DNA from: a virus
Reading direction: 5' to 3' (one strand)
IMG/VR virus record: IMGVR_UViG_3300012953_000013
Coordinates: 64,001 to 128,000 of that record
DNA length: 64,000 nucleotides
Part shown: positions 45,439 to 54,672 of the stretch, one piece after another
Layout: every line of letters begins with the position of its first letter
How positions within the stretch are numbered: the first letter of the stretch is position 1
Translations under genes and position numbers: made by a program
The notes under the pieces: model-generated
What the model was told of the DNA's origin: nothing
What the model saw: the letters and a program-made list of their open reading frames with translations, nothing else
The model's database searches: none

Positions 45439-45822
45439 CTATTTTTTATGTTTCTTTTTATAGTCTTCTATTGCGGCTTTAATAGCGTCTTCAGCTAAAA
45501 CCGAGCAATGAATTTTTACTGGTGGCAAACTTAAATGGTTTGCAATTTCTGAATTTTTGATTTCTTGAGCTTCTTCAAGAGTTCGACCCTTAATCCACTC
45601 TGTTACTAAAGAAGATGAAGCAATTGCAGAGCCGCAGCCAAAGGTCTTAAACTTAGCTTCTTGAATTATTCCAGCGTCATCAATCTTTATTTGAAGCTTC
45701 ATTACATCACCGCAAGCAGGTGCTCCCACTATTCCGGTACCAACGTCAGGACTTTCCTTGTTTAAAGAACCAACATTTCTCGGATTATCAAAGTGATCAT
45801 TTACTTCTTTTGAATATGCCAT
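45439..45822 (-). CDS. iscU: Fe-S cluster scaffold IscU
   Basis: GAPACGDVM, FKTFGCGSAIASSS, LPPVKIHCSVLAEDA. Confidence 0.97.
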   Translation of the reverse strand: MAYSKEVNDHFDNPRNVGSLNKESPDVGTGIVGAPACGDVMKLQIKIDDAGIIQEAKFKTFGCGSAIASSSLVTEWIKGRTLEEAQEIKNSEIANHLSLPPVKIHCSVLAEDAIKAAIEDYKKKHKK

Positions 45823-45830
45823 TTATCTAA

Positions 45831-48269
45831 TTATCCGCATTTTGCCATTCCGCAATTCAAGCACGTAGCACAACCTTCTTGGTATACTATATTTGGAGAT
45901 TCACAACATCCATCAAGTACACCATTACTGGCTTTAGTCCCATCAGCAATATATTTTTTCAAACACCTAGCAACAACTCTAGAAAATGAAAACATATCAG
46001 CTTCTTTATCTTTTTGAAGTTGCTCTACCAAAAACTGCAGCGGTATTTTATGTCTTAACGCCAAAGAAATAGTCCTTGTAAAAGAAGTGTGATTAGGGTT
46101 ATCAAAAACTTTCACAATATCTTTGATTACAAATTCATCTCCATTTTTTCCAATAGTCAAGTCATATTTGTTTGCCATCGTTTTTCTAGGACGTTTTCTG
46201 ATTAAACCTTGAGAGTATTTTTTTGGAATCTCAACATATTCTGAAAGTCCTCCAAAAATTTCATAAGGATATCCATCCACAACGCCCACTAGAATAGTCC
46301 AATCTTCGCCCTTAATTGTTGCTCTATGAATTTCGCAACCAACTACTTCTGGGCGCTTTTGAGCTTTTTGCAGAGCATCTCCACCTGCTTTTTCTTCTTT
46401 TTTTGTTACTAAAACCCCAGATCTAGAACCATCGACGTATATAGTTACGCCTTTCAGTCCAGCTCTCCAAGCGTCTAGATATAAATTACCAACAATTTCA
46501 GGTTTAGTTCCCTCAGGAAGATTAATCGTAGAACTGATGGAGTGGTCAATGTGATTTTGAATTGCTGATTGCACTCCTATTCTACCAGCCCAGTCGATCT
46601 TATCAGAAGTAGTGAAATAACTTGGTAATTCTTCTATTTCACATTTTCCAGAGATATTCCAGTAATTTTTAATTTCATGGTGATAAATTTCAAATTCTTG
46701 CCATTTATCTCCTAAGTCATCAGTAAAATCAACTCTAGAAGTCTTATCACTTGGATTAATTTTTTTTCTACGAGTATAGCTTAGTCGAAAAATTGGTTCG
46801 ATGCCGCTTGAGGTTTGGGCCGCAATAGAGCAAGTGCCTGTTGGTGCGTTTGTGAGAATTGAAATGTTTCTGCGGCCAACTTTAGACATTTTTAGCTTCA
46901 TATCTTCGGGAAGATTTTGAATGAAGTTGTTGTTTCTTTCTTTATCCCAATCAAAAACAGTGAATGGAGCTCTTTCTTCAGCTAAATTAACGCTTTCGCT
47001 ATAAGCGCTTACTTTAAGAGTTTCATAAATAGAATCTACAGCCTTTATTGATTCTTCAGATCCATACTCTAGACCAAGTCTACAAAGAGTGTCTCCCAAC
47101 CCAAGGGTGCCTAATCCTGTCCGCCTTCCTTTCATACAAGCATCTAAAAGATTAGTCCAGAGAATTTTTTCATCTTCTGTATCTACTTTTTCTAAGATCT
47201 TATATAGTTTCTCTATCTCTAGCTCTACTAAATCATCACTCAACCTCATAGCTTTACTCGCTACTCGACCAAATTTTTCTAAATTAAAGCTGGCTTTTTC
47301 TGTGTATGGATCATCAACAAAATTGACTAAATTAATTGCAATAAGCCTACAAGAATCATAAGGGCTTAAAGGAATTTCGCCGCATGGGTTAGTGGTTACT
47401 GTGTTAAAACCAACGTCTGCATACTCGTGTGCTGGAAGGTTGTTGACGATGGTATCCCACATCATTAATCCAGGCTCGGCTGTCTTAGTGGCGCTTTCTA
47501 CAATAAGATTCCAGAGAGATTTAGCTTCAATCACTTTTGTTGAAGTTGGATTGGGCGAATCAACCGGAAACTTTAAAGTAAAAGTTTCACCATTTTCAAC
47601 CGCTCGCATAAACTCATCGCTTATTTTCACCGAAACATTAGCCCCGGTTACTTTTGAGAGATCATGCTTCATCGTCACAAAATTTTCGATATCTGGATGA
47701 CGAACATCCATTGTTATCATAAGAGCACCACGACGACCATTCTGGCCTATCATTCGGCAAACATACGAATAAAAATCTGCAAAAGACCAAGCACCCGTAG
47801 TACTGCCAGCGCTATTAGAAACTGCAGTGTGTTCAGGTCTAAGTGTGGATATATCTACCCCAACACCGCAACGCCTCTTAAAGAGATTCGCGAGATCTTT
47901 CCCGCGGTTCATTATGGAACTAACATCATCTGTTGGAGAATCCACAACTACGCAATTAGAAAGACTTACAACAGCATGCTCATTTCCAATACCATACATT
48001 GGAGAACCTTGGGGGATTATATATTTGAAATCCTTGAGCAGTTCGTAAATTTCTTCTTCGCTTAAAGCGTTTTTCTGAAACTTGGATTCAATTCTTGCGA
48101 ATTCTGAAGCAAGCCTCTTATGCATATCATCTGGGGTTTTTTCTAAAAAATTATTCTCTTTGTCTTTTAGCAAATACTTTCCAACGACTGCAGAAGCAGC
48201 TAAATCATCTTCTTTAAAATAATTTTTAGTTTCTTTTAAAACTTCATCGTAAGACCATGTCATCGCCAT
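45831..48269 (-). CDS. nrdJ: Class II (B12-dependent) ribonucleotide reductase
   Basis: PQGSPM, LSNC, TNPCGE, APTGT, IDHSISSTINLP, C-terminal Cys cluster; no beta subunit adjacent. Confidence 0.85.
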   Translation of the reverse strand: MAMTWSYDEVLKETKNYFKEDDLAASAVVGKYLLKDKENNFLEKTPDDMHKRLASEFARIESKFQKNALSEEEIYELLKDFKYIIPQGSPMYGIGNEHAVVSLSNCVVVDSPTDDVSSIMNRGKDLANLFKRRCGVGVDISTLRPEHTAVSNSAGSTTGAWSFADFYSYVCRMIGQNGRRGALMITMDVRHPDIENFVTMKHDLSKVTGANVSVKISDEFMRAVENGETFTLKFPVDSPNPTSTKVIEAKSLWNLIVESATKTAEPGLMMWDTIVNNLPAHEYADVGFNTVTTNPCGEIPLSPYDSCRLIAINLVNFVDDPYTEKASFNLEKFGRVASKAMRLSDDLVELEIEKLYKILEKVDTEDEKILWTNLLDACMKGRRTGLGTLGLGDTLCRLGLEYGSEESIKAVDSIYETLKVSAYSESVNLAEERAPFTVFDWDKERNNNFIQNLPEDMKLKMSKVGRRNISILTNAPTGTCSIAAQTSSGIEPIFRLSYTRRKKINPSDKTSRVDFTDDLGDKWQEFEIYHHEIKNYWNISGKCEIEELPSYFTTSDKIDWAGRIGVQSAIQNHIDHSISSTINLPEGTKPEIVGNLYLDAWRAGLKGVTIYVDGSRSGVLVTKKEEKAGGDALQKAQKRPEVVGCEIHRATIKGEDWTILVGVVDGYPYEIFGGLSEYVEIPKKYSQGLIRKRPRKTMANKYDLTIGKNGDEFVIKDIVKVFDNPNHTSFTRTISLALRHKIPLQFLVEQLQKDKEADMFSFSRVVARCLKKYIADGTKASNGVLDGCCESPNIVYQEGCATCLNCGMAKCG

Positions 48270-49670
48270 CTATAACCCCCTTACATCTTTCCACTTTTCT
48301 CTCAGTTTTGACTTCATGTCATTTTCATCTTCTCTAAGTGCTTCGTTAAGAGTCAAGTGGTCTTCGTCTAATATATCAAATCTAGAACGGGCTGTATCTA
48401 TGGAAATAGGGAACAATAACCCGTCTCTACCAGCCCTATTTTTTGCTATATAAAGTCTTCCAGTCCCGCCAGCTTTTTCTGTCGCTTTTCTAGAAATAGA
48501 AACTACAACATCTGCCACCATGGCTTTACCATAAGCCTCTGACATATTTTCTAGACCCACAATATCTGAATTTGCAGAATCTCTATTGGCTTGACTTGCT
48601 GTCCAAATAGGAATATTCAACTCCATTGCTAAATTTCTTAATTCTTCATAAACCAGCTTCAATTCATGTCTTAATGAATCAAAAGATCTAGTACTTCTCA
48701 TAATATCCGCATAATCCACAATGATTACATGCGGCTTAAAATCTTTCAAAAGTAATTTATCTAAGTGGTTTTTTATAGTAACAATGCTAGCAGAACCAGT
48801 TGGATATTCTTTAATGAAAAGTCGGCCCATATTCTTGTCTTCATAGAAGTCTTTGACTTCTTTCTTTCGCTTCACAATTTCGTTGCTTGGGATGTCTGTC
48901 AAACAAGAATCATATCGGATACCGACATTTTCTTCTGAAAGCTCAAAGGTATAGTGGACTACATTTCTACCAGCTTTCATAGCATTAACGCCCATTTGAA
49001 CTAGCCAGTGAGATTTTCCAACGCCAGTATTAGCTGTTACAACTCCGATTTCTCCTTTTCCAAGCCCGCCTCTAAAAATATCATGAGAGTCTAATCTCGG
49101 AATACCGGTTGGAACAACAACACGGGTTGACTTTTTAAATCTGGCGTCCATATCTTCAAAGAAATCATGGCCAGTAGTATTGGACATCCCCATACCGACC
49201 GCTTTCTTCATCAGCCCAACTACAGATTCAAATTTTTCTGTTGCAATAAGTTCTACAGACTGCTCTAGAGCTTCTTTAAAGGCTTGAGTTTTGCAAAAAT
49301 CCAAAGACTTTTCTTTTACGTAGTGTTGGTCACCAAGATCTGGATTTGACTTAAGCCTATGCAGAAACTCTACAACTTGCTCTCGAAGTAAGATAGTTGA
49401 ATCGTCTGTTAGGTCATCTCTAACGATAGAGACCAAAAGCTTTAAACTAGGGAATGAACTATATTTTTGCCTATATGAGAAGTATTTTTCAGTCAAATAC
49501 TGTAAATACTTGAGCTCAAAAAAATCCGGGTGCATAACTTCAATCATTTGCGCCGCAAAGCGATTATCTGAAATTAAAGCTTGAAAGATTTTCTCTTGAA
49601 AATGCTTTCCATATTGTCCAAACCATGCTTGACCTGACTTAGGCGCAAGCTCATAGGCTGCTTCTGCCAT
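48270..49670 (-). CDS. Replicative helicase (DnaB / T4 gp41-like)
   Basis: ANTGVGKS, IVDYAD, WTASQANR, SEAYGK, KNRAG. Confidence 0.9.
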   Translation of the reverse strand: MAEAAYELAPKSGQAWFGQYGKHFQEKIFQALISDNRFAAQMIEVMHPDFFELKYLQYLTEKYFSYRQKYSSFPSLKLLVSIVRDDLTDDSTILLREQVVEFLHRLKSNPDLGDQHYVKEKSLDFCKTQAFKEALEQSVELIATEKFESVVGLMKKAVGMGMSNTTGHDFFEDMDARFKKSTRVVVPTGIPRLDSHDIFRGGLGKGEIGVVTANTGVGKSHWLVQMGVNAMKAGRNVVHYTFELSEENVGIRYDSCLTDIPSNEIVKRKKEVKDFYEDKNMGRLFIKEYPTGSASIVTIKNHLDKLLLKDFKPHVIIVDYADIMRSTRSFDSLRHELKLVYEELRNLAMELNIPIWTASQANRDSANSDIVGLENMSEAYGKAMVADVVVSISRKATEKAGGTGRLYIAKNRAGRDGLLFPISIDTARSRFDILDEDHLTLNEALREDENDMKSKLREKWKDVRGL

Positions 49671-49680
49671 TTCCTTCTCC

Positions 49681-50634
49681 TTAGTTAAAAACTGACCTTG
49701 CGGTCATGAAAAATTTATCTGCATCAAAAACCCGGATGCCTTCTCTAATCATTATTCTCATAAAGCTAATCTTATCTAACTTGCGCTCAATAGTATCGAT
49801 TTTAAAATTTATTTTTTCAATTTGACTAGCAGATAGGTTGGCGATATCTAGATACATAAGCTTCCAGTTCATTAGCGGGATTCCACTATCAGCCACTATT
49901 TGGTGATAAATTTTCACCTTTGAGTCTTCAGACCGCTGGTGGCTGATCTTAATTATCTCTTCAACGCTAACAAATTCTTCTCCCGTTATTTCTGGAAAAC
50001 GTTTACACAGTGTGCGAAAACCCGCACCTTTTATACCTGGAAGACCGTCAGAACCATCTCCGCAAAAACATCTAGCAACGCAAAAGTTTTCTGGATATAT
50101 CCCAAATCTTTCCCTAACAGACTCTGTTGTCAATATTTTCTTTTGGCCAGGTGACCAAATTTTTACTCGATTTTTTTCTAAAAGTTGATAGTAGTCTTTA
50201 TCAGAAGAGACAATGGTTATATTTTCATTTTTAAGCTTGTACTTTGCTAAATAACCAATCACGTCATCTGCTTCGCAATCAGAAACATATATCTGAGGGA
50301 TCCCAGAAAGACCCAGCAGTTTAGTTGTTAAGTTAATCTGATAATTCCTATTGTTAACTGTATCAGGGATATCAGATTCATAAAATCTATTTAGCTTAAC
50401 AGGTCGCCGGCCCCTCTTGTAATTCTTGAATATATTTCTTCTTCTCAGCGAACCGCCGCCTTCCCAAATGACATATATTTTTTCTGGATGAAGATTATCT
50501 ATTAAAAGCTGAATGCCTTTTAGAAAGCCTATTGCACCGCCTATATGTTCACCATTATCGCTAGTAGAAGGGTTAGCTGCAAAATGCCTCATAAAAAAAT
50601 TGAGTGCATCGATTAATATGATTCCAGAAGTCAA
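49681..50634 (-). CDS. 5'-3' exonuclease / T4 RNase H-like
   Basis: IDALN, W.G.GS..R, YK..R, EADDVI, SSDKDYYQL, GDGSDGLPGI. Confidence 0.9.
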   Translation of the reverse strand: MTSGIILIDALNFFMRHFAANPSTSDNGEHIGGAIGFLKGIQLLIDNLHPEKIYVIWEGGGSLRRRNIFKNYKRGRRPVKLNRFYESDIPDTVNNRNYQINLTTKLLGLSGIPQIYVSDCEADDVIGYLAKYKLKNENITIVSSDKDYYQLLEKNRVKIWSPGQKKILTTESVRERFGIYPENFCVARCFCGDGSDGLPGIKGAGFRTLCKRFPEITGEEFVSVEEIIKISHQRSEDSKVKIYHQIVADSGIPLMNWKLMYLDIANLSASQIEKINFKIDTIERKLDKISFMRIMIREGIRVFDADKFFMTARSVFN

Positions 50635-51816
50635 CTAGTCCTCCAAGTCAACGTCTAAATTCATTTCCATAGCAACAGACCTGACTTCTTCATATGACTC
50701 AACATCTACATCTAAATCTGAAGAATCAATGGTTTTTATCATTGCTGCCTCTAGTAAATCTTCGATGTAACAGTTGTGCTCTGAGCTCTGCCAAACTTCA
50801 TTAAAGTCCGCTTTGTAGAATTTTTTCTCTACTAAGACTTCTCCTGTGTTAGTATCTGTAACGGTTAATTTCTTCCAGGCTCCGGTACCCGAGATTTCAA
50901 TTTCTTTTCCATTCACTTGAGCTGGACCGTGTTTCCTCAACAAATCAAAAACTTGCTCGTGTTCATATACACCTTTACCAAAGTGAATTTCAAAATTCGC
51001 AGTCCTAAAAGGGGCTGACACTTTGTTTTTGATTGTTTTTGCTGAAACATTAATTCCTATAACTTCTTTATCTTTATCTTTAATTTGAGAACCAGCTCCA
51101 AGTTTAATTCTAACTGAAGAATGAAACGGAATGGCTTTACCGCCAGGAGTTGTTGTTGGGTCACCAAACATAACTCCAATTTTAGTTCGAATTTGGTTAA
51201 GAATTACAAAAAGAGTGTTGGTTTGGCCAATAACTCCAGTTATTTTTCTCATTCCCTTTGAAATAGCTCTTGCTTGAAGTCCTATAGAGTTTTGTTCATA
51301 GGTGCCATCAAGTTCTGCTTTCGGCGAAGAAGCTGCTACGGAATCCCAAATAATAGTTATAGGAACATCTTTCTCCATTGCCCTAGCTTTCATAATCGTG
51401 GACTCTGCAATCGATAGTACTTCTTCTGTACAATGAGTGTCAACATAAACAAATCTCTTACTTATATTGACGCCCAAAAGCCTGAGATTTTCTACGCTAG
51501 TAGCATTTTCGGTATCAATATAAACAACGATTCCGCCCATTTGCTGAGTTGTTCTTGCGATTTGAATAGCAAGGTGAGATTTACCAATAGAAGGAGGGCC
51601 GAATATTTCTACAATCCTTCCCTCTGGAAGTCCGCCATCTCTCCTATTTGAGACTATATAATCTAGCTGTCTTGAGCCTGTACTAATCCAACGCTTTACG
51701 TGGGTTGGAGATTCGTCATACTCAAGATTATAAGCAATTTTAGAACCGTGTTCTTTGTTGAGAGACTTGATCAGATCTGAAGTGAAGTCGTCTCCATCTT
51801 TAGTTTTTTTAGCCAT
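50635..51816 (-). CDS. recA: RecA/UvsX recombinase
   Basis: STGS..LD, GPPSIGKS, IDTE, WDSVAA, NQIR.KIGVMFG, GGKA..F. Confidence 0.95.
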   Translation of the reverse strand: MAKKTKDGDDFTSDLIKSLNKEHGSKIAYNLEYDESPTHVKRWISTGSRQLDYIVSNRRDGGLPEGRIVEIFGPPSIGKSHLAIQIARTTQQMGGIVVYIDTENATSVENLRLLGVNISKRFVYVDTHCTEEVLSIAESTIMKARAMEKDVPITIIWDSVAASSPKAELDGTYEQNSIGLQARAISKGMRKITGVIGQTNTLFVILNQIRTKIGVMFGDPTTTPGGKAIPFHSSVRIKLGAGSQIKDKDKEVIGINVSAKTIKNKVSAPFRTANFEIHFGKGVYEHEQVFDLLRKHGPAQVNGKEIEISGTGAWKKLTVTDTNTGEVLVEKKFYKADFNEVWQSSEHNCYIEDLLEAAMIKTIDSSDLDVDVESYEEVRSVAMEMNLDVDLED

Positions 51817-51834
51817 AAAAGACCTCCATGCTGA

Positions 51835-51862
51835 ATAATAAACTAATTTGACGACATGTTCA
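51835..51862 (-). promoter_or_regulatory. TGAACA-N16-TATTAT promoter of recA
   Basis: Just after the gp32 terminator, before GGAGG RBS. Confidence 0.65.
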
Positions 51863-51874
51863 TGATTAAATACT

Positions 51875-51901
51875 AAAAAGGGGCACGTTTCCGTGCCCCT
51901 T
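51875..51901 (-). terminator. Rho-independent terminator after gp32
   Basis: 10 bp stem AAGGGGCACG/CGTGCCCCTT, GAAA loop, followed by T run on minus strand. Confidence 0.85.
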
Positions 51902-51922
51902 AAAAGCTTTTAGAACAAATCT

Positions 51923-52729
51923 CTAGAAATCATCTTCCAAATCTGCAAACGCATCATCCAAACTCTGGTACTTTTGAGCTGCGTCTTCAGTTGAAGCACT
52001 GCTTGGAGTAGTTTTTACGTTTGTAGTTACATTTGGAGCTGAGCGGGAAGTGCCGGCACTATCGCTAGTGTCATCCTCTCCACCGATCCAGGCATTTACA
52101 ATCTTTTCTAGCTCATCATAAGACTTGCAGCTATACATATCGTCTAGATTAGGAATACTCTTAATCCAGCCATTTGCTTGCTTTTGGTCTTCAGCCAAGA
52201 GAGTAGCTTTTCCTCGAGGTCGAACATCCGTAACTGCATACATCCGGCCTGGTGGCTTGTTGCAAACAACCTTAATATCACGACCTGACGAGGGGTCAGT
52301 AATATCTCCATAGTCTTCATCAAGCATGATATTCAAAAGAGATTGATATACCATTTTTCCAAAAGACCAAAGCCTTACGCCCTTATCTTCTTCACCACGA
52401 ACAATTACAGCTGCATAAGCTCGCATCTTAGGATAAAGCTTCTTAGCTAGCTCATAGCTTTCCTTATTTCCATCCGAACGAAGCTCATTGATCAGCTCTT
52501 GAATGGGATCAGGATTACCAAACTGGTGGGGAGCCAAAAGTCCAGGGTTGTTTCCAATGTTATAATAGAACCAACGTTCCTTGAACGGTTGACCGTCGTT
52601 ATCGGGAAAAGCGATAATTCTTACTACGTGCTCTTCCCCTTCTTGCGGACGCCAGAGAGCATCTCGGCGGCTGTTATTTCCAGAAAGCTTATTAAGCTTT
52701 GCTCGAATTGCATTTAGATCTAGTGCCAT
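51923..52729 (-). CDS. T4 gp32-like ssDNA-binding protein
   Basis: ATG 52729 with GGAGG; W.P..G...VRI, F.E.WFYY, KLW.FGK.VY, DITDP..GRD, acidic tail DDAFADLEDDF. Confidence 0.85.
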   Translation of the reverse strand: MALDLNAIRAKLNKLSGNNSRRDALWRPQEGEEHVVRIIAFPDNDGQPFKERWFYYNIGNNPGLLAPHQFGNPDPIQELINELRSDGNKESYELAKKLYPKMRAYAAVIVRGEEDKGVRLWSFGKMVYQSLLNIMLDEDYGDITDPSSGRDIKVVCNKPPGRMYAVTDVRPRGKATLLAEDQKQANGWIKSIPNLDDMYSCKSYDELEKIVNAWIGGEDDTSDSAGTSRSAPNVTTNVKTTPSSASTEDAAQKYQSLDDAFADLEDDF

Positions 52730-52802
52730 TTTTTCCTCCAAATGTTTAATGTGCAATCTCTAAAAATCTAACTTTTAGTAATAGCCAAGTGGCTATATAA
52801 TG

Positions 52803-52830
52803 ATAATATCCACACCGTTGTGAATGTTCA
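52803..52830 (-). promoter_or_regulatory. TGAACA-N16-TATTAT promoter of gp32
   Basis: Identical hexamers and spacing to the recA promoter. Confidence 0.65.
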
Positions 52831-52840
52831 AATCAAATGT

Positions 52841-53278
52841 TTAATTTCTTTGCAAAACTATGAGAGAAGAATAGGTGACTTCTTTTAGCTCTGTTCCGCA
52901 TATAATAGTCGATTTATCTGGTTTTCCCAGCTTATAAGAAATCTTATATACAATTCCGGTATGTTCAACAGCTGGATCTTCTCTATAGGAATCTCTAGTA
53001 TAAGAAAGGACTAAATCTCCAACTTGCGGAGACATTGGTTTAGACTCTGCTAAACTCTCTGCTGCCATATAAAGTTTATGACAAATACTTTTTGATACTA
53101 TGTAGTAGTTCGGTCTAGAATAAGAAGAACCAACAGAGTCTTCTACTATCAAATCTTTTTCACCGCTCACCACAACGCGACAAATAGAGACTCTATCTGC
53201 GTAGCTTCCCTCTTTTCCAATTTCACCGCCAAAAACAGCTACTAAATCACCTGGCTCAAAATTAATTTCTTCATTCAT
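52841..53278 (-). CDS. Hypothetical protein (two SH3/KOW-like repeats possible)
   Basis: F.PGDLV and PQVGDLV units; ATG 53278 in ATGA overlap. Confidence 0.55.
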   Translation of the reverse strand: MNEEINFEPGDLVAVFGGEIGKEGSYADRVSICRVVVSGEKDLIVEDSVGSSYSRPNYYIVSKSICHKLYMAAESLAESKPMSPQVGDLVLSYTRDSYREDPAVEHTGIVYKISYKLGKPDKSTIICGTELKEVTYSSLIVLQRN

Positions 53279-53574
53279 TCTAGACATTTGGTTCTATAAG
53301 AGTAAATATAAAGCTGATTCACTTCACCAGCTAACGAACTTTCTCTATCTAACCAAACGCGTCTTTCGATCTGCCAGCTTTCTTCTGAAATTTTTCCTTC
53401 TGCGTAATCAGAAATAGTTATTTCAAAATCTTTTCTAGCAACGTCTCTAATATTTTGAATTCTTACAATATTTTCTAAAACTGGCATACACCTTGCTTGC
53501 AACTCTTCTTGAGATTCTCCAAGAGGACTACTACATGAAAGTAATACTAAAATTGCGAGCAAAAAATATTTCAC
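53275..53574 (-). CDS. Small lipoprotein
   Basis: MKYFLLAILVLLS-C lipobox; GTGA overlap. Confidence 0.6.
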   Translation of the reverse strand: MKYFLLAILVLLSCSSPLGESQEELQARCMPVLENIVRIQNIRDVARKDFEITISDYAEGKISEESWQIERRVWLDRESSLAGEVNQLYIYSYRTKCLE

Positions 53575-53879
53575 TTATACCAATCCTCACCCGAGTCGTC
53601 TTTTTTCTTTTTCTTCTTTTTTTTAACCGGCTTTGCATCTCCAAAACTCGATCCAGCAACTTTTCCCCTTTGTTTAAGAGATGTTGGACTATTTGAAGCT
53701 CCAAGAGGGAGTGTATAACCAGCGATATTTGCAACAACGTTTTGTTCGTCATAACCTTCCTCCTCTCTTTCATCTTCATTCGATAAATCGGGTTCACCAA
53801 GCAAGTCTTCTTCTTTTTCTTTTTTTTCTTCTTTTATAATTTGAACTATAAAATTTCGAAGCAACTCTTCTAGTTTCAT
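53571..53879 (-). CDS. Small putative virion protein
   Basis: MKLEELLRNFIVQIIKEE leader, IAGYTLPLG motif; ATG 53879. Confidence 0.55.
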   Translation of the reverse strand: MKLEELLRNFIVQIIKEEKKEKEEDLLGEPDLSNEDEREEEGYDEQNVVANIAGYTLPLGASNSPTSLKQRGKVAGSSFGDAKPVKKKKKKKKDDSGEDWYK

Positions 53880-54139
53880 TTTAAGTCTCCACCGTCGAAC
53901 TTGTGCATTTCCCACCAGTCGGCGTCATAATCATTTTTGTATTGCCTGAGCTTATTGTTCATTTTTTTGCCATAATCAAAAGCCTCTTCAAGTCTTTTAG
54001 AAATTAATTCATAATTCTTTTCAGAGATTTCATTTTTCTTTCTCATTTTGTTGATGTGCCTATAAATCTCTCTGTGAACTTCGCATATTGTTCTAGAGAT
54101 CACTTTTCCTTTTTTTGGCTTGTGATTAATATTGCCCAT
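53876..54139 (-). CDS. Hypothetical protein
   Basis: 87 aa, ends in ATGA overlap. Confidence 0.6.
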   Translation of the reverse strand: MGNINHKPKKGKVISRTICEVHREIYRHINKMRKKNEISEKNYELISKRLEEAFDYGKKMNNKLRQYKNDYDADWWEMHKFDGGDLK

Positions 54140-54149
54140 CTTCTTAAAC

Positions 54150-54647
54150 CTACTTTAAATAAACCACTACGTTATCGCCACTTCTTGTGACCTCAACGTC
54201 TTTTTTCCACTTAATTCCAAAAGCAGAAGTGGCTCCAATAAGGGTATATTCTACATATTTTTGGGCATCTCGAGGTTGGACTACTGATACTTTTACTGCT
54301 ACAGCTTCAACCGGGTTTCCATCTTTATCTTTGGCGGTGGGTTGGTTTGAAGGCACTGTAAAAACTTCACTCATCTCATCAGTTCCACCAGCAGCATCTT
54401 CTAGAAGTTTTTGGAGCATCTCTAGTTGAGATTTATTTTTATCTACAGCGCCAACTTTTAAATTACTCATAAGTTTCTTGGGGTCTTCTTTTGCAAGCGC
54501 CCCTGTTTCTGTAACACTAAATTTTAATCGGCCGCGGCCGACGCCAACTGATCTGATCTTGCCAGATTTTTCTTTTTTTTCTTGCCCTTGATCTTGTTCT
54601 GCAAGAATTTTTCTAATGTGGCTTCTAATATATTGTTCTGTATTCAT
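54150..54647 (-). CDS. Putative virion protein
   Basis: YIRSHIRKILAEQ leader; ATATTTA upstream. Confidence 0.55.
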   Translation of the reverse strand: MNTEQYIRSHIRKILAEQDQGQEKKEKSGKIRSVGVGRGRLKFSVTETGALAKEDPKKLMSNLKVGAVDKNKSQLEMLQKLLEDAAGGTDEMSEVFTVPSNQPTAKDKDGNPVEAVAVKVSVVQPRDAQKYVEYTLIGATSAFGIKWKKDVEVTRSGDNVVVYLK

Positions 54648-54665
54648 TTCGTACCAACCATAATA

Positions 54666-54672
54666 TAAATAT
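54666..54672 (-). promoter_or_regulatory. ATANTTA motif (ATATTTA)
   Basis: 19 nt upstream of start 54647. Confidence 0.4.

Noticed and set aside
31797-51816. Inteins or introns in dnaE, nrdJ, helicase, recA
   Set aside because: Core motifs are contiguous; no Cys/Ser...His-Asn splice ends or homing endonuclease. The PHP insertion in DnaE is short and acidic
7355-53878. Genome-wide TGA or TAG reassignment to explain the stop at 18557
   Set aside because: TGA ends genes in coupled overlaps (7355, 11640, 43885, 53876), TAG ends genes cleanly (713, 6614, 42570), and long conserved genes are intact under code 11
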